Source of the DNA: Gnetum montanum | Lineage: Eukaryota; Plantae; Gnetophyta | NCBI GenBank assembly: GCA_015680685.1 | Contig: MNCI01001758.1 | Location: 62,001 to 126,000 of the forward strand | DNA: 64,000 nt | Direction of reading: 5' to 3' | In this document: positions 1 to 12,055 of the stretch, piece after piece | How the letters are laid out: every line of letters starts with the position of its first letter | Position numbering within the stretch: the stretch's first letter is position 1 | Translations under genes and position numbers: made by a program | The notes under the pieces: model-generated | Told to the model about the DNA's origin: nothing | What the model saw: only the letters and a program-made list of their open reading frames with translations | Database searches by the model: none

Positions 1-1560
1 CTAAAATTCATCATGAAGGTGTAACTCATCATGGCAGCAAGTTATCATGTGACCTTAATGCATGAGATTGGTTTAGCTTATCTTGTCATACCAAGAGTGC
101 TTGTTTCGCATCATTTCCATTGTCATGCCTTAAGCCCAACCTTGTAGCCTAATTGTAAGCCTCCTTAGGTTGAATAACAATGATGAATTATGTTTTGACA
201 CTCATGCATTATGTCCCTATGACATCTCCATCTTCATGCTCTACCATCAAGTTTGTTGGATGTAATACATCTCATTCAATGAGAAAACCAAATCAAACTC
301 AACCTTGGCAACAAAACCAAATCAAAGTTTTACCTTGAGAAAAAAGGAGGGAAAAGCATGTTGTCAAGAAGTTGAAAGGCTGATGAAGCTCAAAAGGACA
401 AACCAATAGCTTCAAACATGCAAAGGGAAGAGCCTAATGGCCAAAGAAACTTGGAGCAAAGTGTTGGTTCCTCAAGAACATTACCAAGTGATCAACACTT
501 TGAAAGCACGAAGTGTGAAGACTTCATTGATCATGCAATGTATCAATGTCATAACTTTAACCATGACATCAACATTTAAAAATCATTGTTAACCTCATGA
601 CTATTTCTGCATGACCTAACATAACCTTTAGCCTATATCATCTCATTTATCTCAGCATCGCACGCACTCTTTGGCATGGTTTGACACTATTAGATCAAGC
701 GTGGGAAGAAAATGTTGGTGATGGACCTATAGTGGTGTTTTGTGTTCTTTTTTGTTCTCTTTTAGGTCAATCCTCAAAACATCAACAAAGAGGGGCCAAT
801 GAAACACCACCAAGAAAATGCATGTTGAAGCCTTCTTGCCCTTGTAATGTTCACCCCATGAAACTTGAGGTTGGAATTTCATTGTAAAATGTAAAGATTG
901 TAATCCATGAGATGCAGTTTCACATACTTTAACTTTTGGGGTTGAAAAATGCTTCATTAGTTTTTATAGCCTCATTTTTCGAATGAAAATGGTCCTACCA
1001 TGTCTATCTTTGGGCTTGAAAAGGTAAAAAATGCCCTTTGGAATGCCAAAATTGTCATTTCCATGGTTTTTGTGGGAGGTATGACCTTTACTACATTGGA
1101 AGCACCTATGCCTACTATTAGGGGGTTTGCCTATCATTCTCCTAACTATGGCCAACGTAGTCACCATAATTCTAGCATTACCACATCAAGGCCAACATTG
1201 TAGTGATTGGGATTTCCATCTTCAACAAATCTCAATGTTGCCCCTACAACTCTAGCATTGCTATTAGAGGTGTTGGCACACTTTGGCCATTTCATGGAAT
1301 AGGTTGGCATGATAAAATTGATTAAAGGTTTTTGAAAAGAAAAATGTAGGAAGCCCTAGGTAAATCTAGGGCAAAGATTTCAGGCCGTTAGAACCCTAAA
1401 CCACAATTATCATTTGCTCCTAGAAATTTTCAAAGAAAAATAAGATCTCCTTGAATAATTCGAAGTATACAGAGAGTGGAGTCTTCACATAAAAGGGCAT
1501 TTGACTGACCAAATGATGTCAAGCTTGCACAGACCATATTTTCTAATAATGTATAATTTA

Positions 1561-2108
1561 AAGATTTTCTGGACGGAGCTCTTCGGTGTGAAGAGGTTTG
1601 GAGGTGCTGGCGAATATTAGAGTTGAGGAGGTCAAATGCACCATTTATGCAATTTATGTCGACCGCAGTGGGCCAATCAACCTACCAGTTGAAATGTCGA
1701 TGCTGAGTAATAATATTATCAGTTGCATGGTTTTCAGGAAGAGGTACTTGGATGAGAAGGCTGGTCATAGGATTGGGCCGTAGGAGTTCCAAGAGATGAT
1801 TGAGGAACTGTTTGTGCTCAATGGTGTGCTGAATCTTGGAGATTTTATTTCTGTGCTTAGGTTGTTTGATTTTTAGGGTTATGTCTGCTGCATGAAAAAG
1901 GTGAGCAAGAAGCTGAACATACGCATGGACGAGGTAATAGACGAACACTGAAAGCATATGTAGAGCATAGAAAAGTACACCTCTAAAGATGTTCTCCTAC
2001 AACTAGTATACGATCCACAAATTGGCCTCAACCAAACAAGGGTAAAGGAGTACATGCAGGAAATCGTCGCCAGGGGAACCAAAAGCTCTACAACTCTCAT
2101 GGAATTGG
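1561..2108 (+). pseudogene. Captured cytochrome P450 fragment (CYP71 clan, CYP92-like) in 5' LTR
   Basis: Broken frames read ELFGVKR..LE..NIRVEEV, NIISCMVFRKRY, EMIEELFVLNGVLNLGDF, DVLLQLVYDP and I-helix VKEYMQEIVARGTKSS. Confidence 0.85.
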
Positions 2109-2460
2109 GAGCTCTGAAGCCTTTTTTTGAGATGCAGAAATAGGGCTACTCTAGGCCTGACACCTTCACATTCAGAGGCGTTCTTAAAGCATGCACAGGA
2201 ATCAGAAATCAATTGCTCGTAGCTAGCAGATTCACTCTTTGGTTATCAAGGAAGGACTGGAATCGGTCCTCACTGTGATCAATGCCTTGGTTTCTTCGTA
2301 CTCCAAGTGTGACGCCATGGATTCTACCATAGTAGTTTTTGGGAGACTGATAAAAAAAAAGATGTCATTTCATGGAATGCAATTGTGAATAGGTATATCA
2401 GTAAGGGTAGAATGGACAATGTAATGCAATTTTTTTCTTTTTTTGAGAAAATGCCGAAGA
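2109..2460 (+). pseudogene. Captured PLS-class pentatricopeptide repeat fragment in 5' LTR
   Basis: Frameshifted motifs PDTFTFRGVLKAC, IHSLVIKEGL, NALVSSYSKC, DVISWNAIV. Confidence 0.88.
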
Positions 2461-4057
2461 TGATGATACATGAGATTCTTCACTAGGGGCTGGCTGTTTG
2501 AAGACTCCCATGATCCACGGTTCACTTAACTATAGAATTTTTGCTCGATCTCGCCAATGAAAATGTTTTCACGTCTGGATTATTGCAATGATGAACCTAC
2601 AAACAGAAATTACCAAACACCATAGCGCTCAATGCCAACGCGTTTGTCATCATCATTACCAATCCATCAAGTGCAGCTACAAAGACACGAAGACATAGTG
2701 AGACAGGTGCACAACTAAATCAGTAGAACCAAAAGATTATTTAGCTGATGCATCGTGGTTATGGCTTATTCTGAAGAAAACTGTGATTGCTAAAAGTAAG
2801 TACAAAACCTGAACGCATGAAATCAAAGTAACAAAATAAAATTCTAATTTCATATGGTTTGGTGGCTAAAAATAATTTTAGCATATTTTCTCACATGCAA
2901 CAAAAATAAAATAAAAATTTTATGGAGCACTTATTATATGGAGATCTTGGCTTTGTTTCCTAAAATTATTATATAGGTTGTGACTTATGAAAGAAATATT
3001 TGTAAAATTTGTAAAGACACATGCCAATGTTAACATGATTTTCTCCTAACTTCATGTATAAGTTATAACTTCCTAACTTGTTGGGCAAGTAATATCTCCT
3101 AACTTGTTGGGCAAGTTATAACTTCCTTACTTGGGAAAGAAGTTACCCAAGATATTTTATAATATCTAACTACCTATGAGACCCTGTAAAAAGGCTTCAA
3201 GGGTCTTTGGGGGGGGGGGGGCAGAAGAGGAAGAGCATTGGAAAAGAAGACATTGTGAAAGATTTCTTGTAAGATGACTTGTTAAAGACAACATTTTAGC
3301 CTCTTTGTTATAGTGCTATGAGTTATGTTTATTTTTTTTATTTTGTTTAGATTGTTCAGCTAGTGGTTTAGATAGTATCATGCTTGGAAAGTAATTTTTG
3401 GATTTTTAGATTGCTCTTATTATTCTTGTTGCATGATAGAAAATTTCTATTAAAATTTTGCCATAGAAGAGCTTGTGTTTGAAAGCCTTAAGAGCATTTT
3501 AGTAGTGAATTTTATTATTGTGCAATGTATAAGAACTGCTATTGAGATTGTTGTAAGAGAGTCTCTGCATGTAGTCAAGCCATTGAACGATTCAATAGTC
3601 AAGAGGGTTCAGAAAATATTTGGTATTTTGATAGGACCATAATAGCTTCTTTTATCTTTAAAGTGAATCTCCATGGTATTTCAATCATAAATTGTCAAGC
3701 CTTTTGAAGGTTCTATTGAATGCAATTGTGGACATCCATTATCTAACCACAATAAAGTCTGGTACGTGATAGTTTGCGTAGCAAGTTTTTGGATAGCATA
3801 GTGGGATTGTCTTGAAGAAATTGCTTATTTGAGCCTTTGAAGTTTGAACAATTCATAGTTATTGAATTTGGGATAGCTTTATTNNNNNNNNNNNNNNNNN
3901 NNNNNNNNNNNNNNNNNNNNNNNNNNNNNNNNNNNNNNNNNNNNNNNNNNNNNNNNNNNNNNNNNNNNNNNNNNNNNNNNNNNNNNGGATGCGATTGCCA
4001 ACGAGTGTTCTTGAATAGGATTTAGGTGCTTGNTTAAATGATCGCTAATAGTTCTTT

Positions 4058-4074
4058 TGATGCTAGAAGGAGGG
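4058..4074 (+). promoter_or_regulatory. Primer-binding site, tRNA-Asn(GTT) type
   Basis: TGATGCTAGAAGGAGGG matches TGGCGCTAGAAGGAGGG, the complement of the plant tRNA-Asn 3' end, with two transitions. Confidence 0.8.
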
Positions 4075-4175
4075 TTGAAAATTTAGCCTCTAAGTTCATA
4101 AGTGTTATGATTTTAACATATCAAAAATTCTTTGTTACTATAAATGCTTAAGAAATTAAATGTTATTTTTAGTTT

Positions 4176-5426
4176 ATGACCAAGAAGATTGATAGTTTGG
4201 AAAATTTAAAAGTTTCAAAAGATATTCTTGATTCTAAGATTGATTCTTCATCAGAAGAAGAACAAAAGAAATTTTTTGAATTGGAAACAAGTAGTGGAGT
4301 GACAACTAGAAGATCCAAAAGATCACCCATTATATCTAGTTTATCGATTTATAAGAGAAGATCTAGAAAGTCTAAAAGTTCAACTATCCAAAGGAATAGG
4401 ATGGCAAATCCTTGGCAAAGAGTTACACCATTAGGATTTCAAAATTACAATGATATTCCTAAGGTAGTTTACAAATATTTGCCTGAGCCTTTCATTCCTG
4501 GAAAAGCTTATTTAGCTGAAGAATATATTCACATGTTTGAGTTAGCTTTAGCTCATGCAAATATTCAACATCAAGATCAAGCTTGTAGGTTGTTTGTATC
4601 AAATCTAAAGGATATGGCTCAGATTTGGTATTCGAACTTACCAAGTAATAGTATTACAAGTTGGGATGACATGAAGAATCTTTTCTTAGCCCAGTTTGGT
4701 AATCAATTAGATCAACAACAACTATACTATGGGCTGATACAAGCTAAGCAAGGAGTTAAAGAGTCAATTAGAGATTTTAACATCAAGTTTCAATGAATTT
4801 GTGGACTCTTTCAAAGACAATATAGACCATCAGAAGAAATGCTTAAAGAAACTTATCTTAAGGCTGTCAACCCCAACATTTCAATTTGGTTAAGGAGAAC
4901 TCAAAACTTAACTACACTAAATGACTACTTTAGTGAAGCTATATAGTTAGAAAAATAGTTGAACTTGAATCTTGAAGAAAATATTGCGATTCAAAAAAGA
5001 GAAGAAAGAGTTATGATTCCTATGCAAGATTTTGCTCAATTTAAATCTTTACCAGGTCCATCTCATGTTAAGATAGAGTAAAAACAAGAAAGAGTAGAAT
5101 CTGGAAAAAGACAATTAATGAGAGATATGTCTAACAAAATAGTGAAGCTTGAAAAAGCCTTGGTAAGAGTTAATATCAAGGAAGAAATGAAAAATAGAAA
5201 GCATAAACATCAAGAAACTAAGTTAGGAGAAGATGAGGATGAAAGTGACCTAATTGTGTCCAAATTTCTTGATATTAAATCTGATAATGAGTTATCTAGT
5301 GTTCATTATGCAAGTAAATCTTCTAGCAATGGATCTAGCAATACTTCTTCTCTATCAAGTTCTGAAGAAGATATGTCTTTAGATGAAGATTGTAATAATA
5401 ATGAGGAAAATGGATATAGTCTCTGA
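4176..5426 (+). pseudogene. gag: gag of element 1 (stops)
   Basis: ACRLFVSNLKDMAQIWYSNLPSNSITSWDDMKNLFLAQF...QGVKESIRDFNIKF, typical retrotransposon gag. Confidence 0.9.
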
Positions 5427-5898
5427 TCAAAAGAAAGATTAACTACTTCTAGATCCCCAAATGTTATTACTAAGCCATCTACTAAGAGAAAATATTTTGA
5501 GCCAAATAGAAGAGATAAGAATAAAGGTAAAGACAATCAAGTAGAGCAAATCACTCCAAATCAGTCTTTTAATAAATGGATAAAGAAACGAAGATTTATT
5601 GGTGATGGAGAGTATGATTTGATTGAAGACCTTAAACATGTCAAAACCAGTATTAGCTTTTATCAATTGTTTCAAATAGGAGATCAGCAAAGAAAGGNGT
5701 ATTAGCTTTTATCAATTGTTTCAAATAGGAGATCAGCAAAGAAAGGCTTTATAGTTCATTAAAGGTAAAAGGAGAGTTAGAGAATCAGAGTTAAGTTATG
5801 TGTCTAATAATGATGAGAAATTAAAGACCTTGTATGATAAAGGAGCTCATCATTTTCTTTTAACAATGAAATTAAAGGATAAACACTGACACAATTGT

Positions 5899-6200
5899 TT
5901 GCTTGATTCTAGAGCTACGTCTACTATAATGCCATTGTCTATATGTAAGAAACTTGGTTTGATTCCTAAAAAATCAAATAAAAATATTGTTCAAGTGGAT
6001 AAAAGTAGAGTGAAGATTGTGGGTCAATTACCAAATTTCCTATTGGAAATTGCTTCTGAACCCCACGTCAGAAGTAGAGTAGCTAGTCAAGTGGCAGATA
6101 TACCATATTCGCATAGTCTCTTATTGAGTAGAAGTTTGAGCAATAATTTCTCAAGTTACATATCAATAGATTATTCTCACATGCGGCTACCTTGGAAAGG
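5899..6200 (+). pseudogene. Aspartic protease of element 1
   Basis: LDSRAT (decayed D-S-G-A), IMPLSICKKLGL, LLLSR. Confidence 0.85.
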
Positions 6201-6363
6201 AGAACCAAATCAAATATATATCTATAGTGAACCTTTGATGATTGATAACATTACTTCAAATGGAAAAAATAAAATGGTTGAAAAAGGAGGTGTTGAAAAT
6301 AAAATTTTTACACTCCAAGAAAATTATAGTTCTAAAAAAGAACAATCAAAGAATGAGATTAAA

Positions 6364-6740
6364 TGGGAGTTATACTTTGATAGTTCATGTAATTCAAAAG
6401 GTGCGAGAGTCGATATAGTTATATGAAGGAATGATTCACCTAAAATTATCAAAGAAATTCATCTATCTTTCTCTTGTACTAACAACAAAGTTGAGTATGA
6501 AGCTTTATGTATTGGTATAAGAATAGCTCTAGACAATAAGATCAGAGTAATCACTATAAAAGGAGACTCAAGATTAGTTTGTGAACAAGTAAAGGCTAAT
6601 TGTGTAGTAAAGATCTCATTCTTAAGACCTTATAAACAACTTTCTTGTAAGATGTTAGATCAGTTTCAACATTGCCAAATAGAGCATATAAATAGAGTAG
6701 AGAATATTATAGCAGATAATTTGGCAAAGGTAGCTTCAGC
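6364..6740 (+). pseudogene. Additional (archaeal-type) RNase H between PR and RT
   Basis: WELYFDSS..., CTNNKVEYEAL, IKGDSRLV, HINRVENIIADNLA. Confidence 0.88.
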
Positions 6741-7189
6741 ATTAGATATGTAAATAATAGAAAGTTACAAAGATGTAATGATTGAAGAAGAAAATCATCC
6801 ATCAGTACTAGATAATATAAGACATTTAAAAGTATTTGAAGATTATGATCAAGTACTAAGATTTATGAAAAACAAACAAGAATTTGAGGGTCAAGTGATA
6901 CTTGAAACATCATCAAACTCCAAAGCTAATTTCATTCCAAAAAGGATGATTGACTTGGAACATGAGTTCAAGAAAAATTTACTTACTGGAAAGGATATAC
7001 AAAACCCAGATAGTCAAGCTTTCAAGGTAGTGAATTTTGGATTAGACAGGATGCCAAAGATGTTGAATGTTACAAAGGGAAGAGATTCGAGTTTCAAGAA
7101 AAACTTGTTAACATGTCTAAGAAATAATTTGGACAATTTTTCTTCGTCTTATGATGATCTTAAAGCTTTTAAACCAGATGTGATGACAC

Positions 7190-8430
7190 ATAAAATACCT
7201 TTAATAGAAGGTTATAAAATAGTCAAGCAAAAACAAAGGAAATTTAATCCATCATTTGAACCAGCTATGGAAGCCGAAATCAAAAAGTTGTTGCAAGCAT
7301 GAATCATATATCTAGTATGATATTCAACATGGCTTACTAACCTTGTTCCAATGAGAAAGAAAAATGGTAATATAAGGCTTTTTGTAGAATTTAGAAATTT
7401 GAATGATGCCTCAAAAAAGGATAAGTATCCACTTCCAAGAATTGATGAGATGCTGATTAAAGTCTTAGGTCGTCAAGTATATTCTTTCTTAGATGGTATC
7501 TTAGGTTATAATCAAATCATAGTAGATAATAATGATAGATACAAAATGGCATTTATCACCAAATGGGGAACTTTTGCTTACCAAAGAATGCCATTTGGAT
7601 TGTCAAATGCTGGAGCTACTTTTCAAAGAACAATGGATTTAGCATTTAAGGATTTATTAGGCAAATTCACGGTGATTTATTTGGATGATATTACAATATT
7701 ATCAAGAAAAAAAGAAGATCATATTAATAATTTCTAGCATGTTTTCGATAGATGTCGTGAGTTTGGCATTTCATTAAATCCTAAGAAGTGTATCTTTGGG
7801 GTTAAATCTAGAAGCTTATTAGGCCATGTGATATGTCAAGAAGGAATTGCCATAGACAATTCCCAAATATAAGTAGTACAAAATATTGAACATCCCACAA
7901 GTAAGAAATCTCTTAGATCTTTCTTTGGGAAGATAAACTTTGTGAAAAATTTCATCCCCGAGTTTACTGAAATTACCAAACCTTTGATGCATATGCTAAA
8001 AAAGGATGTCCAAGTAGAGAAAACACCAGAATCATAGAGATCTTTATCAGAAATTAAAAATGCTATACAAGAGGCTCCATATTTGGTGAAGCCTAGGATT
8101 AAAGAAGATTTTTGGTTATATTCTTTTTCTTCAAATGATTCTATCGTTGTCGTTTTAACACAAAAAGATGATGAAGGTCGAGATGAACCAATTGGATTTT
8201 TTGGGTATCAATTGAAAGGTTCAGAATTAAATTATTCAGACTTAGATAAACAAGCATTTTCAGTCATCAAAGCACTTCAACATTTTAAATATTATTTGAA
8301 AATTTCATTAGTCCACATTATGCTAATTGAACCTGTAGTCAAGCGATTCCTAGCCCAAAATGAGGTTGGATTAAAAAAAGGAAAATGGCTTATAAAGTTG
8401 CGAAGTTTCAAATTTTCATTGGAAATATGA
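7190..8430 (+). pseudogene. Reverse transcriptase and retroelement RNase H of element 1
   Basis: DKYPLPRID, GYNQI, MPFGLSNAGATFQR, YLDDI, LNPKKC; RH motif ELNYSDLDKQAF. Confidence 0.95.
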
Positions 8431-8509
8431 AAAACAATTAAGGGAATGGGATTAGCCAAGTTAATGGCCAGAGAAATGAAGTATGCACACTTGATACCCA
8501 TGAAGAGAA

Positions 8510-9734
8510 TTGGTATGATGAAATTCTCAAATTTCTTAATACAAGGAAAATCCCAAATAATTTAACTGCAAGTCGAAAGAGAGATTTCTTCAAAAGGGAA
8601 CGAAGATTCGTTGTCAAAGATGGTATATTATATAGAAAATATTTTCGAGGGGTCTTATTGGAATGTGTTCATAATGATCAAATTAGTTTCATTTTGGAAC
8701 AATTTCATGATCATTTGAATTTATTTTATGAATCTCCTAAGTTGACTATGCAACATATACTTCGATATGGATATTACTAGGCTTTCATGTATCAAGATAT
8801 TAGTTCAAAGATTCAAAAATACTATAAATGTCAAATTTATGGGCCCAAAATTAAAAAGGCTAGAGCCCCTTTAAAGCCAGTAGTCGCAAATAAACTATTT
8901 CAACAATGGGGTTTGGATTTTATTGGTACAATTACTCCTTCAAGAGCTGGACACAAGTTTATTCTCATAGCTACTAATTATTTCACTAAATGGTCTAAAG
9001 CAAAGGCTCTAAGAGGTAGTTCAACATCACATGTGATTAAGTTTCTAGAAGACCAAATTCTAAGTAGATTTGGTCTACCCAAAGTGTTAGTGTCAGACAA
9101 TGGACCCACCTTCAAATCTAAAGAGTTTATCAAATGGGCATCAGAAAAATCTATTTTCTTATTTTCCTCATCAAACTATTATCCTTAAGAAAATGGCCTA
9201 CCAGAATCCATCAATAAAAAGATTATCGCTTATATCAAGAAATTGATGGATGGAAATCGAGGAAATTGGATCAATTATCTACAATCCGTGTTATGGTCAG
9301 ATCAAATTAGATTCAAGAGAGCTATTGGGACATCACCGTATAACTTAGTTTATGGTTTGCTAGTAAGAATTACAAATAAGATTGTAAGCTCAACTTCTGA
9401 ATTTGTACAAAGATATAGTGAAAAAACTGATAAAGATAAAAGTTTCATGACTTTGCTTATTAAAAGAGAAGCTGAAGTAGATAAAGCAAGGGATAATTTG
9501 TTACAGAATACCTCTCAAGTTAAAAGATGGTTTAATAGGAAAGCTCTGAAAAGAACTTTCAAGATAGGGAACCTTGTCCTATTATGGAATATGAACAAAC
9601 TGAATAAGTTTACACCAACGCGGATTGCTCCATTTCAAATTACAAAGCAATTGTCAAGGTATACTTACAAATTATCAACTTTGGATGGCATGAAATTGCA
9701 ATTTCCATATAATGTTTTGCATATAAAACATTAG
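8510..9734 (+). pseudogene. Integrase of element 1
   Basis: FQQWGLDFIG, FGLPKVLVSDNG, SNYYP, GTSPYNLVYG, YKLSTLDG. Confidence 0.93.
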
Positions 9735-10864
9735 TTTGGACAATTGCATACAACTTGAAGATATCCTTACACAAAGTAATATATGTATATACTATTAGAT
9801 ATAATATGACTAGGAGTATAGTATTAATTATTATGTTTAATTATGCTATTGGTATATAGTTAGATAAGTAGATAGTATATTATAATAATAAATATATTTA
9901 TGATAAATTTATTTAAATTAGAAAATATTTTAATAATTTAATTCCTACAAGTGTGACAAGTGGAAGAGGTGATTAATCAACCACTTAATGGGAAGTTGTC
10001 TCAATTACGTGAAGATTTTGACAAGTGGTTAGAATGTGCAAAAAGAGGAAAAATTGGTTGAAGACTCTTGGAGGGAATTTTAATTTTCTAGCTACTACAA
10101 AAAGAGGATTGGGTTGCCTAGGATTTCCTCATTTTCCAATTCAAGTTGGGTAGAGAAAGTGAGAAGAGATGGATTTTGGGAGAATGATGAGGAAGCCTTT
10201 CATTCTTTATGTGATGGGATGTTGCCCAAAACATGTGTTAAAGGCTTACTTGAAAGCCAAAACATGTGGAGCACCTAAAGAATGTCCTTTCATAGCTTCA
10301 TTGGCTAATAAATTTTCATTCCTCACAGGAGGTTTAGAAATAGAATCAAATATTTGGGGATAGTATCAAAATTGCACCCAAAAAGAGAAAAGGGAGAAAG
10401 AACCAATCAATGAAGATTCATGGGAAGAAGCCTCTGTGTTCCAAGAAGAAGAAGAAGGACCCAATTGGGAAGAAAATAAGAATTCATCTTAAAAAAAAGA
10501 TGAGAGGATTGCTAAAGAAAAATCTCAAGAAGATCAAGTTGAAAGCTCCAGCAAGCCAGAAAATAATAGAACATCATTCATCACTTCAAAGATTGCTTAT
10601 GAGAAGGTTAGATATATGAGGATTCCTACCAAAGTAACCCTCACCATTCTCTTCCCATCTCAAGAATAGTCCATGAATAAAGGACATGATAATGTACAAT
10701 TTGTTGTATTTTTTAGGAATGAGGTTTTTATACCACCAAACCTTATGTTTGATGGGAATTTTTGTCCAAAAAGATTTATCTTTTCACCTGTAAAAAGTTC
10801 AATAAAAGCTTCAAGTACAATTCAGTTTTAAAATGGTGCTTGCATGAATTTCTTTAAGCCTTTT

Positions 10865-10878
10865 AAAGGGGGCAGAAA
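10865..10878 (+). promoter_or_regulatory. Polypurine tract of element 1
   Basis: AAAGGGGGCAGAAA directly before the TG of the 3' LTR. Confidence 0.85.
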
Positions 10879-11167
10879 TGTTGGCACATTTTGGCCATTT
10901 CATGGAACAGGTTGGCATGATAAAATTGATTAAAGGTTTTTGAAAAGAAAAACGTAGGAAGCCCTAGGTAAACCTGGGGCAAAGATTTTAGGTCATTAGA
11001 AGCTAAACCACAATTATCATTTGATCCTAGAAATTGTCAAAGAAAAATAAGATCTTCTTCAATAATCTGCAGTATACAAAGAGTGGAGTCTTCATATAAA
11101 AGGGAATTTAATTGACCGAAGCGTGTCAAGCTTGCGTAGACCATATTTTCTAATAATGTATAATTTA

Positions 11168-11715
11168 AAGATTTGCTGGACGGAGCTCTTCAGTGTGAAG
11201 AGGTTTGGAGACGCTGGCAAATATCAGAGTTGAGGAAGTCAGATGCACCATTTTTGCCATTTATGTTGGCCACAGTGGGGCGATCAACCTACCGGTTGAA
11301 ATGTCAACGTTGAGTAATAATATTATCAGTTGCACAGCTTTCGGGAAGAGGTACTTGGATGAGAAGGCTAGTCACAGGATTGGGCTGTAGGAGTTCTGGG
11401 AGATGATTGAGGAGCTATTTGTGCTCAATGGTGTGCTGAATCTTGGTGATTTTATTTCTGTGCTTAGGTTGTTTCATTTTTAGGGCTATGTCTGCCGCAT
11501 GAAAAAGGTGAGTAAGAAGCTAAACGTACGCATGGACGAGGTAATAGATGAACACCGGAAGCGTATGCAGAGCATAGAAAAGTACACCTCTCAAGATGTT
11601 CTCCTGCAACTGGCAGACGATCCACAAATTGGCCTCAGCTGAACAAGGGTAAAGGCGTACACATAGGAAATTATCATTAGTGAAACCGAAAGCTCTGCAA
11701 CTCTCATGGAATTGG
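11168..11715 (+). pseudogene. Captured CYP92-like P450 fragment in 3' LTR
   Basis: KICWTELFSVKR, NIRVEEV, FGKRY, EELFVLNGVLNLGDF, GYVCRMKKVSKK, DVLLQLADDP, VKAYT*EII..TESSATLME. Confidence 0.87.
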
Positions 11716-12055
11716 GAGCTCTGAAGCTTTTTTCTGAGATGCAGAAACAGGGCTGCTTCAGGCCTAACGCCTTCACATTTGGAGGCGTTCTTAAAGTGTG
11801 TGCAGGAATTGGAGATCAATGTCTCGTAGCCAGAAAATTCATTCCTTGGTTATCAAGGAAGGACTAGAATCGGTCCTCACTGTGAGCAATGCCTTAGTTT
11901 CTTTGTACTCCAAGTGTGGTGCCATGGATTCTACCGTAGCAGTTTTTGGGAGACTGAAAAAAAAAGATGTGGTCTCATGGAATGCAATTGTGACTGGGTA
12001 TATCAGTAAGGGCAGAATGGATGATGCAATGCAATTTTTTTTTGACAAAATACTG
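11716..12055 (+). pseudogene. Captured PLS-class PPR fragment in 3' LTR
   Basis: ALKLFSEMQKQG.RPNAFTFGGVLKVCA; IHSLVIKEGL..VSNALVSLYSKCG..DVVSWNAIVTGY. Confidence 0.9.

Larger units (their letters stand above)
1271..4050 (+). repeat. 5' LTR of element 1 (contains assembly gap 3884-3986)
   Basis: Colinear with 10879-13999; ends CGCTAATA just before the PBS. Confidence 0.93.

Noticed and set aside
681-1203. Short ORFs, including a CFQC..GH motif on the minus strand
   Set aside because: Zinc-knuckle spacing is incomplete and there is no supporting gag context.
3987-4033. Short inversion at the end of the 5' LTR (reverse complement of 13938-13983)
   Set aside because: Bounded by an N gap and a single N; scaffolding artefact.
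5650-5746. 48-bp perfect tandem duplication
   Set aside because: Copies are separated by a single N; unmerged contig overlap.
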